Source: the human T2T-CHM13v2.0 reference genome, Homo sapiens. From it: a stretch of 64,000 nt of DNA. Made by a program: the position numbers and the translations under genes. The DNA lies in assembly GCF_009914755.1 (NCBI RefSeq), contig NC_060928.1. The stretch is one strand, 5' to 3'. Shown piece after piece: positions 31,270-43,700 of the stretch. The notes below the pieces were generated by a model, which ran no database searches, was not told where the DNA came from, and saw only the letters and a program-made list of their open reading frames with translations. Position 1 is the stretch's first letter, and every line of letters starts with the position of its first letter.

Positions 31270-31770
31270 TTTCTTACTTCACCTAATATTAAGTTGGAAG
31301 GTATATAGTTCCAGATTTGCTTCAGTAGCTCAATAATATCACTTAAGGACTTTGCAAAGGTTTCCTCATGTTTCTCTTCTTCTAATCTTCTCATGTGCTG
31401 ATATCTACAATCATAGTTTAAAAATGGCTATAGCAGCTTCACACATCACTTTCTAAAATGACAAGGAGCAGGAAAAGGGGAAGGCTTTCTTTTTGCCCTC
31501 TCTCCTCTTATCAGAGAGAAAAACTTTTTCAGAAGCTCCACAAGGGACTTTCATCTCACTGGCTAAAACTAGGTCACATGTCCACTTCCAAACCAATTCC
31601 TGGCAAAAAGACATAAAAACTGGTTTAGGTCAATGACTTATTACCTCAGGTTATGGAATAAGCTCATCTTCCCTGAGCACATTGCCACTGGAACAAAATT
31701 AGGGTTATGTGACTATGTATGAAGGAAAAAAAAACAGCTCTTGTACTGGCAACAGATGATGTCTTCCATA
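31270..31770 (-). mobile_element. MLT1K/L-like MaLR LTR
   Basis: aaaatggctatagcagcttc..catctcactggctaaaactaggtcacatgtccac..aaccaattcctggcaa..aacaaaattagggtt. Confidence 0.65.
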
Positions 31771-33417
31771 CCCTCAACAGTAAAATAAAAAATGACAACA
31801 ATAAAATTTACTTTGTATTTACTTAGTATCAGAAAATGCTGTACATGTATTCATTCATTTATTCAATTATCTTACTCAATTTCCTTCCTCTGGAAAGCTA
31901 TGAGAGGAGGAAAAAATAGTATTGAGAAAGAAACAAGACAAAACAAAACAAAAACCTCTATAATCTCAACATGAAATACATTTCAAGGATTTAAAAATGG
32001 AAGGGAGCATGATAATAATAATAATATGTATTTTTTTTTTACATTTTCCTCAGTCTGAGTTTTATAAAATGACTTCATTATTTCCTATTGTAGTAAATTC
32101 TCAGATAGTATACTCTGATATGTAAATGTAAGTATTAAAATTTTTCCAAAATTCAGTAATCTGAAATTGTATACTTTTACATAATCCACACCATTGCTAC
32201 CTTCCATTATTTAAACCTGTCCATGTATATATAAGGTATTTTCTTTAAAAATAATACATTCTTTTGATTTTGTAGTCCTTAGCCACAATATATAATTAAA
32301 AGTAGGATGTTTCTTAATGACATAATTAGTAGAGTTCACTTTAAAACCTGATTAACACTTTCAAGTTACCAAAAGTGTCTTTAATAAACTTAGAATCCAT
32401 TTTTTTACACTTTCCTATTGTACTAGGAATAAACATACTCATGAGACATGACTGAATTACCGTTAAATAGGTGAAGGCAGATTTTAAAGACTGGCTTCAA
32501 AAGACCTGCATATGAAAGGAATAATATAAAGTCCAATATAGGAAACAATTAAATGATTATCTCAACCATAAAATACCTTGTCTATTCTCAGCACATTAAA
32601 ATACAAGCTTTATCTAAGTATATTGGTGATTCAGAAATATTTATAATATTCTTTACTAGGAAGAGTACATCCCTGCTTAATAAGTATTTTGGAAAAGAAT
32701 AGTAAATCATAAAATACTAAGATTAAAAAAAATTTCCCATGGGAAAAAAACAAAAATAAATGAGAAAAACTAAAAGCCCAATTAAAAGATGTACTTTATT
32801 TTGCACTTCAGTAAACACTGACAGCTTAAATATATGAAGTTTTTGGAAATTAGAAGGAAAGAAAACTAATGGAAAATACAAGGAAGAGAGAAAATCATGA
32901 AATAGCCAAAGGCAAGACAATTCCGTGGGTGTGCTATGTAATTTTAAGGAACAGCATGTATTAATTTAAATATAGCTACACTAAAATAAAAATAAATATA
33001 ATCAAAATAAAATAAAATTACTACATAACATAGAAAAATACAAATAAAAGAATGTCAAACTTTAAAAGAGCCCATGTTTTGAATAAATTTAGAACTCAAA
33101 AAATTTTGGATTTTTAGTCTAGTTAAAAGTCAACAAAAAATGATGTATCAGATTTCAGTCCAGTTATATGAATTTTATGGGTTAAAGTTAAGAAACTTGG
33201 TATGGAAAAGCTTTAAACATTTTTTAGTAGCAAATATAAGAGAAGATCTCTATGACATTAGGCTGAGAAAGGACTTCTTACAGGAGATACAAAGAACAAT
33301 AACCACAGGAGAAGAGTGAGAGATTTACTTTAAGTTAAAAAAAAAAAAGAAAAAAAAATTCTGTTCATCAAACACACCACAGTCTGGGAATATACATTTG
33401 AAACACCTATTATCTAA

Positions 33418-33920
33418 TGTGTTGTATGAACCACTGGCACTCATTATTTATTTCTGTTCCCTTCCACATTCTGGCCTCTGTCCCAGGGGCGGAAAGTCCA
33501 AAACTACATTGCCCAGATGTCTTGCAGCTGAAGTTGTGGATAAGATTAAAATTTTACCAGTGAGAGGCATTTAAGGGAGATATAAAAGGTAGAAGTGAGC
33601 TGAGACCATTTTTTCTGTTGATATGGTGGCTGGTAAGTAAAACTGGATAGACAAAAATGTCTCTTGTAGTCAATATCCTATGACCCTTTTTCCAATATCA
33701 AGTCTCCAGTTTTATGGAAATAATGCTGCCATGGTAGTAATAGGGATGGTGGTAGCACCAGGGATGGTGGTAGCACCATAAATTCCTAACCCCAGGATTA
33801 TAGTCTCTGAGGTGTAACTGTAAAACTAATGATTTAGTAGCACTTAAATGTAAGTGAATTAAATCCTTTCTTGTTTCAAATTTCTAGAATGGTTATTGTT
33901 TACTGTGTTGAGACTGACCA
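33418..33920 (+). mobile_element. LTR33-like ERVL LTR
   Basis: aaaactacattgcccagatgtcttgcagct..gggagatataaaaggtagaag..attaaatcctttcttgtttcaaatttctagaatggtt. Confidence 0.65.
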
Positions 33921-34073
33921 GCACATCAACAAATTTTCAGAATACAGATCACATATGCACTTTGGCAATTTAATAAGAACAAGATAAGTAGAAATGGGGA
34001 AAATATATGAACAAGCATTTTATGAGAAAAGAAAACCACATAGGTAAATAAACATATAAAAATGGTCAACAAT

Positions 34074-34343
<270 letters not shown>

Positions 34344-34929
34344 TCAGGAAAATGCAAATTAAAACAACAATAAAAAAGTATTTAACAGTCAAAATGATGA
34401 AAATTAAGCTTAACAAGAGCTACAGGTATTAAAAGATATAGATCAATATAAACTCATAAATATCACTGGTAAGAATGTAAATTGGTACACCTATTTTGGA
34501 AATTAAGTTGATATTATATTGCAAAATTGATATTCATATAACCTATAATCCAGCAACTTCCTTCCTTGAAACTCTTGCACTTGTGTATGTTATTGAATAA
34601 AAAAGTAAGTCCTAGAACACTAGATGATACCGTTTTTATACAGTCTTTAAAAATGTAAAACTAAAAAGTATATCGCTTGGAGATACACATACCTATAAAA
34701 AAACTGTAAAAGCAAGGGAATGATAAACACAAAATTCAAGATAGTGTTTATCTCTGGCAGAGAGAAAGAGAAGGATGGGAAATGGAAGAAAAACATGGAT
34801 AGATGCACCAGCACTGGCAACATTTTAACATTCAAGCTGAGTGGTAGGCTGAAAAGTTTTCATTTTATCAATATGTTTTCTAACATACATATATATTATA
34901 TACTACATTATTGATTGCTAATATTGGTA

Positions 34930-35133
34930 AGGTGATTATTTTGTATGCTACTCCAAGTACTTACTTTATCCCTTACAGTCAGCCCTATGAAATAGGTTCT
35001 ATTATTATCTCTGATTTATAGAAGAGGACACTAAAGCAGAAAGGGAAGTAACCTGTCCAGGGTCACACAGCTAACAAGTAATCGAGCCAGGAGTCAAATA
35101 GAAAATCAGCCCCGGGGTCCACATTCTTAACTA
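34930..35133 (-). mobile_element. MIR
   Basis: MIR core: cagccctatgaaataggttctattattatc..gaagaggacactaaagc..aagtaacctgtccagggtcacacagcta. Confidence 0.8.
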
Positions 35134-35223
35134 TTAATACTATAGCTATCAAATATCAAATAACAAAAATAAAAGTTACCTAAGACAATAATAAAAGATA
35201 AAACCAATAGTTAATTGATTTAC

Positions 35224-35279
35224 CTTTCATTTTCCTTGATGACATTTTCAAGTTGTAATTTCATCTCACCCACCTGTTT
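35224..35279 (-). CDS. SCLT1: SCLT1 exon 5 (56 nt)
   Basis: ttattctttcAG|AAACAGGTGGGTGAGATG...GAAAATGAAAG|GTaaat encodes KQVGEMKLQLENVIKENE(R); phase 0 in, phase 2 out. Confidence 0.96.
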
Positions 35280-36070
35280 CTGAAAGAATAAAATATGGTG
35301 TGGCAATACATTTTGCAGACAATCAGATCTCCATTAAGTAGACCACTCACGTAAGCAATCAGATTCTGACACTAGTTTACAGATAAGAAAGACTTATTCT
35401 TTATTTATAACAAAGGGATAATTAATATGGATAATTTACTAATAAACAGAACACAATAAAACATTCATTTTAAGTAGAATATAAATAAAATAGAAATATT
35501 TTATGTAACATGGTGAGAAATGTTTATAAATGTAATTCCTATGACTTGTAGTTGTGAAAAACAGATGAAAGATATTCTGGAGTATGTCACTATAACAAAT
35601 ACCAGATGGTTCCTGTATCTTGAATGTATATCTTAGTTAATTCACCTCAGTTTAGGTGAAGCCCATATAAGTATGTATATTTTTCTAGTATTTCAAAAGG
35701 TAAAATGCTAACAGTAAAGAAGAAAATGGAGGTCTTTTTTAGCAGTCATTCATTCAGTTTCTGATTCACCACCTTCATTAACTATCTAAACTCTCCGTAC
35801 CATACAAGGCGCTAAGGTAAACAGACATGCTCATTGAAAAATAGTAGGAAAGATGGTTAAAAAAAATCCTAACTAAAATACAAGGCAGAATAAAATGCAC
35901 ACCAGAAAGGGAATTAAATGAAGGTCTGATTAACGTTCTCTGAAGGAGTAAAAAGATGTTAGGATTTCAAAAGAAAAGAAAGCATTTAAAGTTGGCGAAA
36001 ATATGAGTAAAAGCAAAATAGCAAAAAATAAGTAGTCAACTCTCAGTAAGTGTGAATGAGCAAATGGAGA

Positions 36071-36075
36071 GTGTG

Positions 36076-36108
<33 letters not shown>
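36071..36108. repeat. (GT)(GC)n(CA)n microsatellite
   Basis: gtgtgcgcgcgcacacac... alternating purine-pyrimidine tract. Confidence 0.9.
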
Positions 36109-36112
<4 letters not shown>

Positions 36113-36569
36113 CCCTGAATTTACATGTAAAAGCATGCAAAATCTCACTTAAAACGGTAACTAATTCATGATTGTGTATTAGTCTTGATTGTGCTTCCTA
36201 GGCTAAAGGAGAGAAGCTTATCCTGGAGTACACTTTCGCAAGGGCCAGGTGGAACAGGCAGTTCTGCCAGCCTTTTTCTCTCTCTTTCAACCGAGAAGAT
36301 CAAGGAAGCTTGGTCTAGGAGATCAGAATAGCAAATTCTAACTATAAATTTGGTTTGAAAGGTGAACTTTTCCAAGGTCCTCGTTATGCCTGAAACACAA
36401 TTAAACCAACATGGATTAATTCACTACCAGATAATTGAGCACTGACCATATATGGACTGATACAGTGAGAGATAAAATTGGAAAGACAGGTACAGGGTTT
36501 TAAGAATGCCATGGCAAGAGGTTTGGATTTATTGTAGCCATTATCTTAATTTTATAGTTTTTAAATAAT

Positions 36570-36644
36570 TTTTTCCCCTAAGATGGGGTCTCACTCTGTC
36601 TCCTAAGGTGGAGTGTGAGAGCACGATCACAGCCCACTGCAGCC
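36570..36644 (-). mobile_element. Alu fragment (AluJ/FLAM-like 3' piece)
   Basis: agatggggtctcactctgtc..ggagtg..cacgatcacagcccactgcagcc. Confidence 0.7.
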
Positions 36645-37918
36645 AATAAACTGATCTTTAAAAGTTGCAAAACTATCAGTGCATCTTAAAGAATATTTAT
36701 TACTCTTAAATAATTATGTAAGATATATTCACTAGCTAAGACTAAAGATGGATTGTAACGCTCTCACTATAAATTCCTTACTGTAAAATATTTCAAAATA
36801 TTTACATTTGGAAGGAAGTGAAATCCATACAGTATTTCTCACATCATCAAATTCTTCCCTACTATTTATATTTTCTGGCAGAAAATCGTCCATATAGAGA
36901 ATTGCAGTGCTACTTTTCCTGCTTTGGAGATATAGTATTTTTTGACTAGGTCAATAAGTCATAAGAACTAATCCTTCTAATCAATCACATCTATCTGAGC
37001 AACCATTCTTAGCTGTCAACATTTTTTTTTCTCTAAAAGAAGGAGCAATTATTTTTATCATCAAAGACTCAGGCTTTCTAGCATAGTTTATTTCTCTCTT
37101 GTAATTAATTAAGTGATCAACCTTTGGCGGTAAAGAATGCAAAATAGAAAAACAAAGTTAAACATCTTAGTAAAATGGCTGATTAAAGAAATAAATGAAT
37201 CAGATTGTAAAAAATTTAAATGAATTTAATTTCAAGATAATTAGCTATCCTATAACAACCAAAGTACATAATATGTTATTACAGGAATTTAGAGAGAGTA
37301 AATTCAGCAGCAACTTTAAATTCACTAGTCCTGAAAACAAAAGCAAAATATCATTTGTGCAAAAGAGAGCTTTCTGTTGCTCTTTAATTGTCAGCTAGGA
37401 AGATTAAAAGACATTACTGTGCTTGTCCTAAATTTAAATAACTACAGGCTAAAAAATACACAATAAAGACCAGGAAGACCTTATGATAAAACAGACACTA
37501 TAATTTTAATGAAATGCTTTTATTTGACATTTGGGTCTAAAGGACAACTTTGTTTATGTATTTGAGAAATAACCTTGGAAATGAAAGCCTACATAATTTC
37601 AAATGCAGTGAAAGAACCTAATTTTATTTTTAGAAATTGGAAGCATTATGTGTTCTTTTAGTAAAGCTACATATCAATGCATTAATTGATAAATAAGGGC
37701 TTGTTAAGCTAGCTCTAATCATCTTATTCCCATAAGCCCTGGCATTTAATCATTCATTAAATATTTAAGGGCCTACTATGTGCTACACTTGAAAGTACAC
37801 AGTAGGATCCCTTCATGTCCGTGCATAAAAAGAAAAGGAAGTAAGGGAGAAAGTGCTTAGTGTCTGCCACACACACAGGCTGATTCTGAGGAAATCGGTC
37901 TCAGGGGTTGCTTTAATA

Positions 37919-38223
37919 TATTTTATTTATTTATTTTTCTGAGACAGAGTCTCACTCTGTTGCCCAGGCTGGAGTGCAGTGGCACGATCTCGGCTCACTG
38001 CAGCCTCTGCCTCCCAAGTTCAAGTGATTTTTCCTGCCTCAGCCTCCCAAGTAGCTGGGATTACTGGTGTGTGCCACCACACCTGGCTAATTTTTGTATT
38101 TTTAGTAGAGATGGGATTTCATTATGTTGGCCAGGCTGGTCTTGAACTCCTGACCGCAAGTGATCTGCACGCCTTGTCCTCCCAAAGTGCTGGGATTACA
38201 GACGTGAGCTACCACACCTGGCC
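37919..38223 (-). mobile_element. Alu (AluSx-like), full length
   Basis: Complete antisense Alu; TSD GG(T/C)TGCTTTAATA at 37906-37918 and 38225-38237. Confidence 0.95.
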
Positions 38224-38829
38224 AGGCTGCTTTAATAAAAAGTCATTATACTCTGTTCCATTTGCATTAATGAAAGCCAACCCTGCCACCCTTGCTACAA
38301 CTGCATTTATCCAGGAATTGGTATCTAAACCAAATCCAATCATGAGTATATTCAAGCTCTAATAGAGAGAGGTCATTGCCTCCTGATAGGTTTAGCTTGA
38401 GTCATATAAGTTCTATTTAAGAAATACTCCTATTATATGGTTATCCCAGTATTAGGTCAAAATTCTAGGGGAAAATGTTAAAAGACATTTTCAGATCAAA
38501 GAAACACATTATAAATATTAGGCATTCTCTAAACACGTAGCTCACTGAAACTCAAATTGTACCCTAAACAATTTTGTGCTATTATTCTAGTTCTCCATAA
38601 GCCCTGGGACCCAAAATGATAATCCATTCTGCAAGTAATGGGAGATGCAGATAGAATGAGGTAAGGAGGAAGGTCTGAAAGGATGCGAGACAGTTTTAGG
38701 TTAAAAAAAGAGAGATGTAAGCAAACAATAATGAGATTAAGAGATTCTTCTAAGCACCTAAGCAATATCTCATGCAAGATAGCAAGAGCAAGGAAACACT
38801 GAATTAAAAGACAAAACTGAAGAGAATAT

Positions 38830-39388
38830 TTTTTTTCTTCGAGACAAGGTCCAGTTCTGTTGCCTAGGCTGGAGTGCAGTGGCTTGACCACAGCTCACTA
38901 AAGCCTCGACCTCCCAGGCTGCTCAAGCAATTCTCTCACTTCAGCCTTCTGAGTAGCTAGGACCACAGGTGCACACCACCACACCCAGCTAACTTCATTC
39001 CAGCACTTTGGGAGGCCGAGGCAGGCGGATCACGAGGTCAGGAGATCGAGACCATCCTGGCCAACATGGTGAAACTCCATCTCTACTAAAAACACAAAAA
39101 TCAGCTGGGCATGGTGGCACATGCCTGTAATCCCAGCTACTCGGGAGGCTGAGGCAGGAGAATCACTTGAACCAGGGAGTCAGAGGTTGCAGAGAGCCGA
39201 GATCGCGCCACTGCATTCCAGCCTGGCGACAGAGTGAGATTCCATCTCAAAAAAAAGAAAAGAAAAAAAAAAGAGATGGGGTCTCACTACGTTACCCAGG
39301 CTGGTCTCAAGCTTCTAGGCACAAATGATCTTCCTGTCTCAGCCTCCCAAAGTGCTGGGATTATAGGCATAAGCCACCGCACCCAGCT
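38830..39388 (-). mobile_element. AluJ split at its central linker by an opposite-strand Alu
   Basis: Right arm ~38830-38993, left arm ~39272-39388; AluJ diagnostics (gctcaagc, gggtctcactac); GAAGAGAAT at both flanks (38819, 39390). Confidence 0.9.
38999..39271 (+). mobile_element. AluSc-like, 5'-truncated, nested in AluJ
   Basis: Starts tccagcactttggg; gagatcgagaccatcctggccaac and ccagcctggcgacag are AluSc-type; A-rich tail. Confidence 0.92.
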
Positions 39389-39571
39389 AGAAGAGAATCT
39401 TTAAACATATGCACATATATACATTCACACACATTTACATAGGGCCACCAATTGGTTAGTTACAGCAAATATTCTCTTTCTCATCAATGTCTTTTTAAAA
39501 AGAGGGAGTCTATTTTACTTTTTATTTTCATAATAAAATATTACAAAAGCCTCATAACTATGATTTCATAC

Positions 39572-39644
39572 CTGGTAATATTTCAGCTGCCCATTTAGTT
39601 CTCCTAGGTGTTTATCATACTCAGTAACAAGAGGAGCTAAAAAG
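39572..39644 (-). CDS. SCLT1: SCLT1 exon 4 (73 nt)
   Basis: gtctttttttAG|CTTTTTAGCTCCT...TATTACCAG|GTatga encodes (S)FLAPLVTEYDKHLGELNGQLKYYQ, which is visible in ORF 39566-39751. Confidence 0.96.
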
Positions 39645-39782
39645 CTAAAAAAAGACAATAAAAATATAGCATATTCTGTTCCATCTAGTTTAATAAATAT
39701 ATAACAAGTGAAATAAATTACACATAAAAATTTTATGTTTAGTTTACTCATGCAATAAAAACTTTTCCCTTTTTTCCAAAAC

Positions 39783-40010
39783 CAGGAATTTTAAATATTT
39801 GCACAATTAATATTTTGGACTGAAAAATTCTTTGTTGTGGGATGGCTAGACTGTGCAATGAAGGATGTTTAACAGCATACTTGGCCTCTACCCATTAGAT
39901 GGCAGCAGCAGCCTCACTTTCCATAGTAGTGACAAACAAAAATGTTTCTAGACATTGCCAAATATCTCCTGGGGAAACAGGGGTAAAGTTGCTCCTGTCT
40001 GAGAACTAAT
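39783..40010 (-). mobile_element. MER20 (hAT-Charlie) in intron 3
   Basis: aattctttgttgtgg..ggatgtttaacagcat..tggcctctacccattagatg..gtgacaaacaaaaatgtttctagacattgccaaat..tgagaac. Confidence 0.85.
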
Positions 40011-40169
40011 TTTGTAGACTCTGTAATACTTGCTTTTTCTTGTCAATTCAAGAACAAAGCATTTAAGTTTAATAACAGCAGACCATAAAACAAACATTCC
40101 TGATACTGAATTATGCTAATAATAATTAAATATAACGAAGAAAATGATATTATTCTGGTAATACTTTAC

Positions 40170-40228
40170 CTTTGGTCAAATACTAGGTTTTCAAATGTGT
40201 CGTCTCCTTCTCCTTGGCAGACAGCTTT
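40170..40228 (-). CDS. SCLT1: SCLT1 exon 3 (59 nt)
   Basis: attcttttatAG|AAAGCTGTCTGCCAAGGAGAAGGAGACGAC...GACCAAAG|GTaaag encodes KAVCQGEGDDTFENLVFDQ(S). Confidence 0.96.
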
Positions 40229-40379
40229 CTATAAAAGAATGTACATCTTAAAATGTGTTCTCACATCATTCTAGCCAAAATTGATAGTGATATAATATTA
40301 AATGCAATTAAATTTTCATAATCTTAGAAACTCTATTTATGTAATTCAAAATGAGAGAAAAAAATAATAATCTCAATTT

Positions 40380-41940
40380 ATACTGAAATGCATTTGGTAA
40401 ATTTAATACCCATGCACAATAAAAACCACTGGCAAATTAGAAATTTGAGGATTTTTTCTTAATTTGATAAAAATATCTGCCAGAAATCTACATCAATTAT
40501 AATTTAAAGGTTGAAAAGCAAGATGGAAGGCTATTATTATTTACAATTTGGCCATTTACCTAAAAACTCAGTATAATCTACCAATTATTAGAACTAGTAA
40601 GATAATACACGAAAAGTCACCAGACAGAAGATGAACACTTAAAAAAAAAATCAGTAGCTTTTTCAAATACCAGCAATAATTAGAAAATGTAACCAAAAAA
40701 AATCCTATTCACTACTATGATAAACAATATCTGGGAATAAAGCAAACAAAAAATGGTACAGGAGCTTATTGAGAAAATTAGCTTTACTAAAGGATATAAA
40801 AGGAAATCTAAACAAACATGGTACTATAACATTAATGTATGTGTGGAATGGTCAATATTTTGAGAATGTCAGCTCTCTAAAATTCACTACAACTTCATTG
40901 CACTCAAAAATGAAGTTCCAATAGAATTATTTATAAAACTTGATCTTAAATAAATCCTAAAGTTCCATGAATAAGTATGAAAAATTAGCCAAGATAATCT
41001 CACCAAAAAAAAAAAAAAAAGGAAAAGAAAAAAGAAAGAGGGAAGAACTTGGTTACTACATAGCAAAACACCACAATGCTATAGCAATTTAAACAGTATG
41101 CTATAGGTACAGTAACAAACACAACAGTATAACAAACCCAGAAATAGATTCAAGCATTTATAGGTATGTGGTATATAAAAGAAGAAGAATTATAATTGAA
41201 TGGACACAATACTGCTATCCAACAAATAGTACTGGATAGCAAAACAAAATTAGCTGCTAGCACATACTAAATGGAAAAATACAGATAAAAATCCAAATGT
41301 TGTTAAAATTTTAACAATTATTGCAAGAAAATGCATTATTGACCTTGAGTTAGACAATGCTTTCTTAACGTCACAAATGCAGAAATTTTTGTCTGTTTTG
41401 TTTGCAAATATCCCAAGCAGCGCCTGCCATACTTTTTTGCTCAAATTACATTTGTTAACTGGAAGACACCAGGAGCAAAACCTATAAATGGAAAGACTGA
41501 CACATTTTACAACATCCAAATTTAAAACTTCTATACAGCTAAAGACACCAAAAGCAAAGTTAAAAGACCTACAGCATTCGTAACATGACCAGAAATTTTG
41601 TATCTATGGCATATGGAGAAACATTTAAACACAAGATGTAAGAGGTTTTTCAGTGGTGCCTTTACTATAAAACATAGCTAACAAAATGTCTTTTAACAGA
41701 ATAAATAAAAAATGATACAATAGAATCCCATAAGTAGTTCAAGAAATTAATTAAATTCACATGTATCAAAATATATATATCATAAAAAACAAAGAAGTTA
41801 TTTCTAGGGGTGGAAAGAAGAAAATAGGACAGAGAAGAAAGGTGCTCAAAGGGATCACTAAAAGCATCTGTAATGTTCTGGCTTTTTGAAGGGAGAAAGT
41901 ATTTATGATCACATACATATTAAAGAGTAATTTAAAAATA
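40380..41940 (+). mobile_element. Old L1ME fragments
   Basis: Degenerate sense L1 ORF2 motifs (ttattagaactagtaag, aaatcagtagcttttt, aacccagaaatagattc); boundaries approximate. Confidence 0.55.
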
Positions 41941-42229
41941 TAACTCAAAGAAGCCTCTGAATTCTAAACTTTCACTTAATTAATTTTTAACATCTTACTC
42001 TGTAAATACTTATTTACCTACTATGTGTAAGGGCCCATGGGAGGTACAGTAAATAATACAAAGATGAACAAACAATTTATAGTCCTTATCCATTGGATGG
42101 ATTGTAGAGTTATAGGAAGAGAGAGGCAAATAAGCAAGGAACAATAATAATAATAAAGACATACCATGAAAGAGGCATAGAATGGTAAGAATGAGTAGAT
42201 GAAAGGAAGATAATCAATACTGTTTTTAT

Positions 42230-43700
42230 TCAAGTACTACACACATACAGAAGACAGTACAAATTATAAGTATACAGCTAAATAATTCTCACAAGGTGAA
42301 TATACTCATGTAACCAGAACTCAAATCAAGCAACAGAATACAAGTACTCTTCACTTTGCATATTGGTATACGTGTCTTCATTTTGCACAGTTCTGTGGAA
42401 ACATCAAATCCAAGTAAGGACAGTTCTGATACACACAAGTTTCAGTTAACATGGTACTGCAAAAAGTGAGAACTATGTATATGACCAACAACCCCCAAAC
42501 CCCTAAGTCACTACCCCCAGGCTCCATGTGGGACCCAAATCCTGACTTCTAACAGCAGGAAATCATTTTCCCTATTTTAAAAACATTATAAAAATATAAC
42601 CACACAGTATATTTTCTGTTATGTCTGGCTTCTTTTGCTTATCACTGGGTTTGTGAGATTCATTCTTACTGCTGTGAGTAATTTTGGTTAGTTCATTCTT
42701 ACTGACATATACTATTTCACTTTACAAGTATGCCACAATATATTTATGCTTTCTATTATTAAATGAAGTATTTGGGTTGTTCATTATTTGACTATTATAA
42801 ACACTGCTGCTACAAACATTCTTGAAAAAGTCTTATTGGTATAGGCATTTCTGATGGGTATACCTATAGGTAGAGTTGATGACTCATAAGGTCTGTATCA
42901 GTCAGATCTAGAAGAAAATGTCAAACAATTTTCTGAAGTAATCTTACCCATTTACTCTCCCACAGGCAGTATATGAGAGCTATTCCACATCTTTGTCAAC
43001 ACTTGGAACTATGCTTTTCACTCTAGCCAGTGGATATAGTAGTATTTCATTGTGGTTTGAATTTCCATTTACCTGATAAATAATGAAGTTGAACAGTCTT
43101 TTCTACAGTTACAAAGCATTTTAAATACCCTCTTTTGTGAAGTGACCTGTTTCTCTAATGGGTAATTGTTTTAGTTATTAATTTGAAGACATTCTTCATA
43201 TATTCTAGATTTTTGCAAGATTACAAATATATTCTCCATTCCATAGCTTGTCTTTTTACTTTCTTAATGATGTCTTAAAAACATAAGTTCTTTCACTTTG
43301 AAGTAGCCCAGTTTATCAGTTATTTCGTTTATGATTAGTGCTTATGTGCTGTTTAAGCCATCCTGCCTATTATAAGCTCATAACTTCTTCCCTCAAGTTT
43401 TGTTCTAAAAGCTTTACCTTAACATTTAGATATGCAATCAATGCAGAAATTACATATGAGAGTAGTTTGGGTAGAGATCAAAATTTATTTTTCTTTATTC
43501 TATATGAAAGTCTGGTATGTGTAGAGCTATTTCCAAACTTTATTCTGTTTAACTGGCTTGCTTCCTTGGCCAATACCATACTAACCAAATTACTATAGCT
43601 TTACAGTAAATATTAAGACCTGGTAGTATCTGTTTCCAAGTGTAGTTGTTCTGCAAGATTGTCTTAGCTCTTCTTGTCCCTTTTCATATAAATTTTGAAA
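42230..43700 (-). mobile_element. Old L1ME/L1MC 3' region
   Basis: Antisense L1M 3'UTR and ORF2-end motifs (tgtctggcttcttttgctta..gtgagattcatt, tttcattgtggttt). Confidence 0.65.
42341..42477. mobile_element. Short Tigger-like (Tc1/mariner) MITE inside the L1M
   Basis: TA at both flanks; imperfect TIRs ..ctcttcactttgca / tgcaaaaagtgagaac.. Confidence 0.45.

Noticed and set aside
33742-33778. 18-bp tandem duplication AGGGATGGTGGTAGCACC in LTR33
   Set aside because: Ordinary small duplication with no further signal.
36166-36375. 69-aa ORF as an extra SCLT1 coding exon
   Set aside because: From the acceptor at 36390 the exon 4 frame hits TAA immediately. The listed ORF is in a different frame and starts at TTG.
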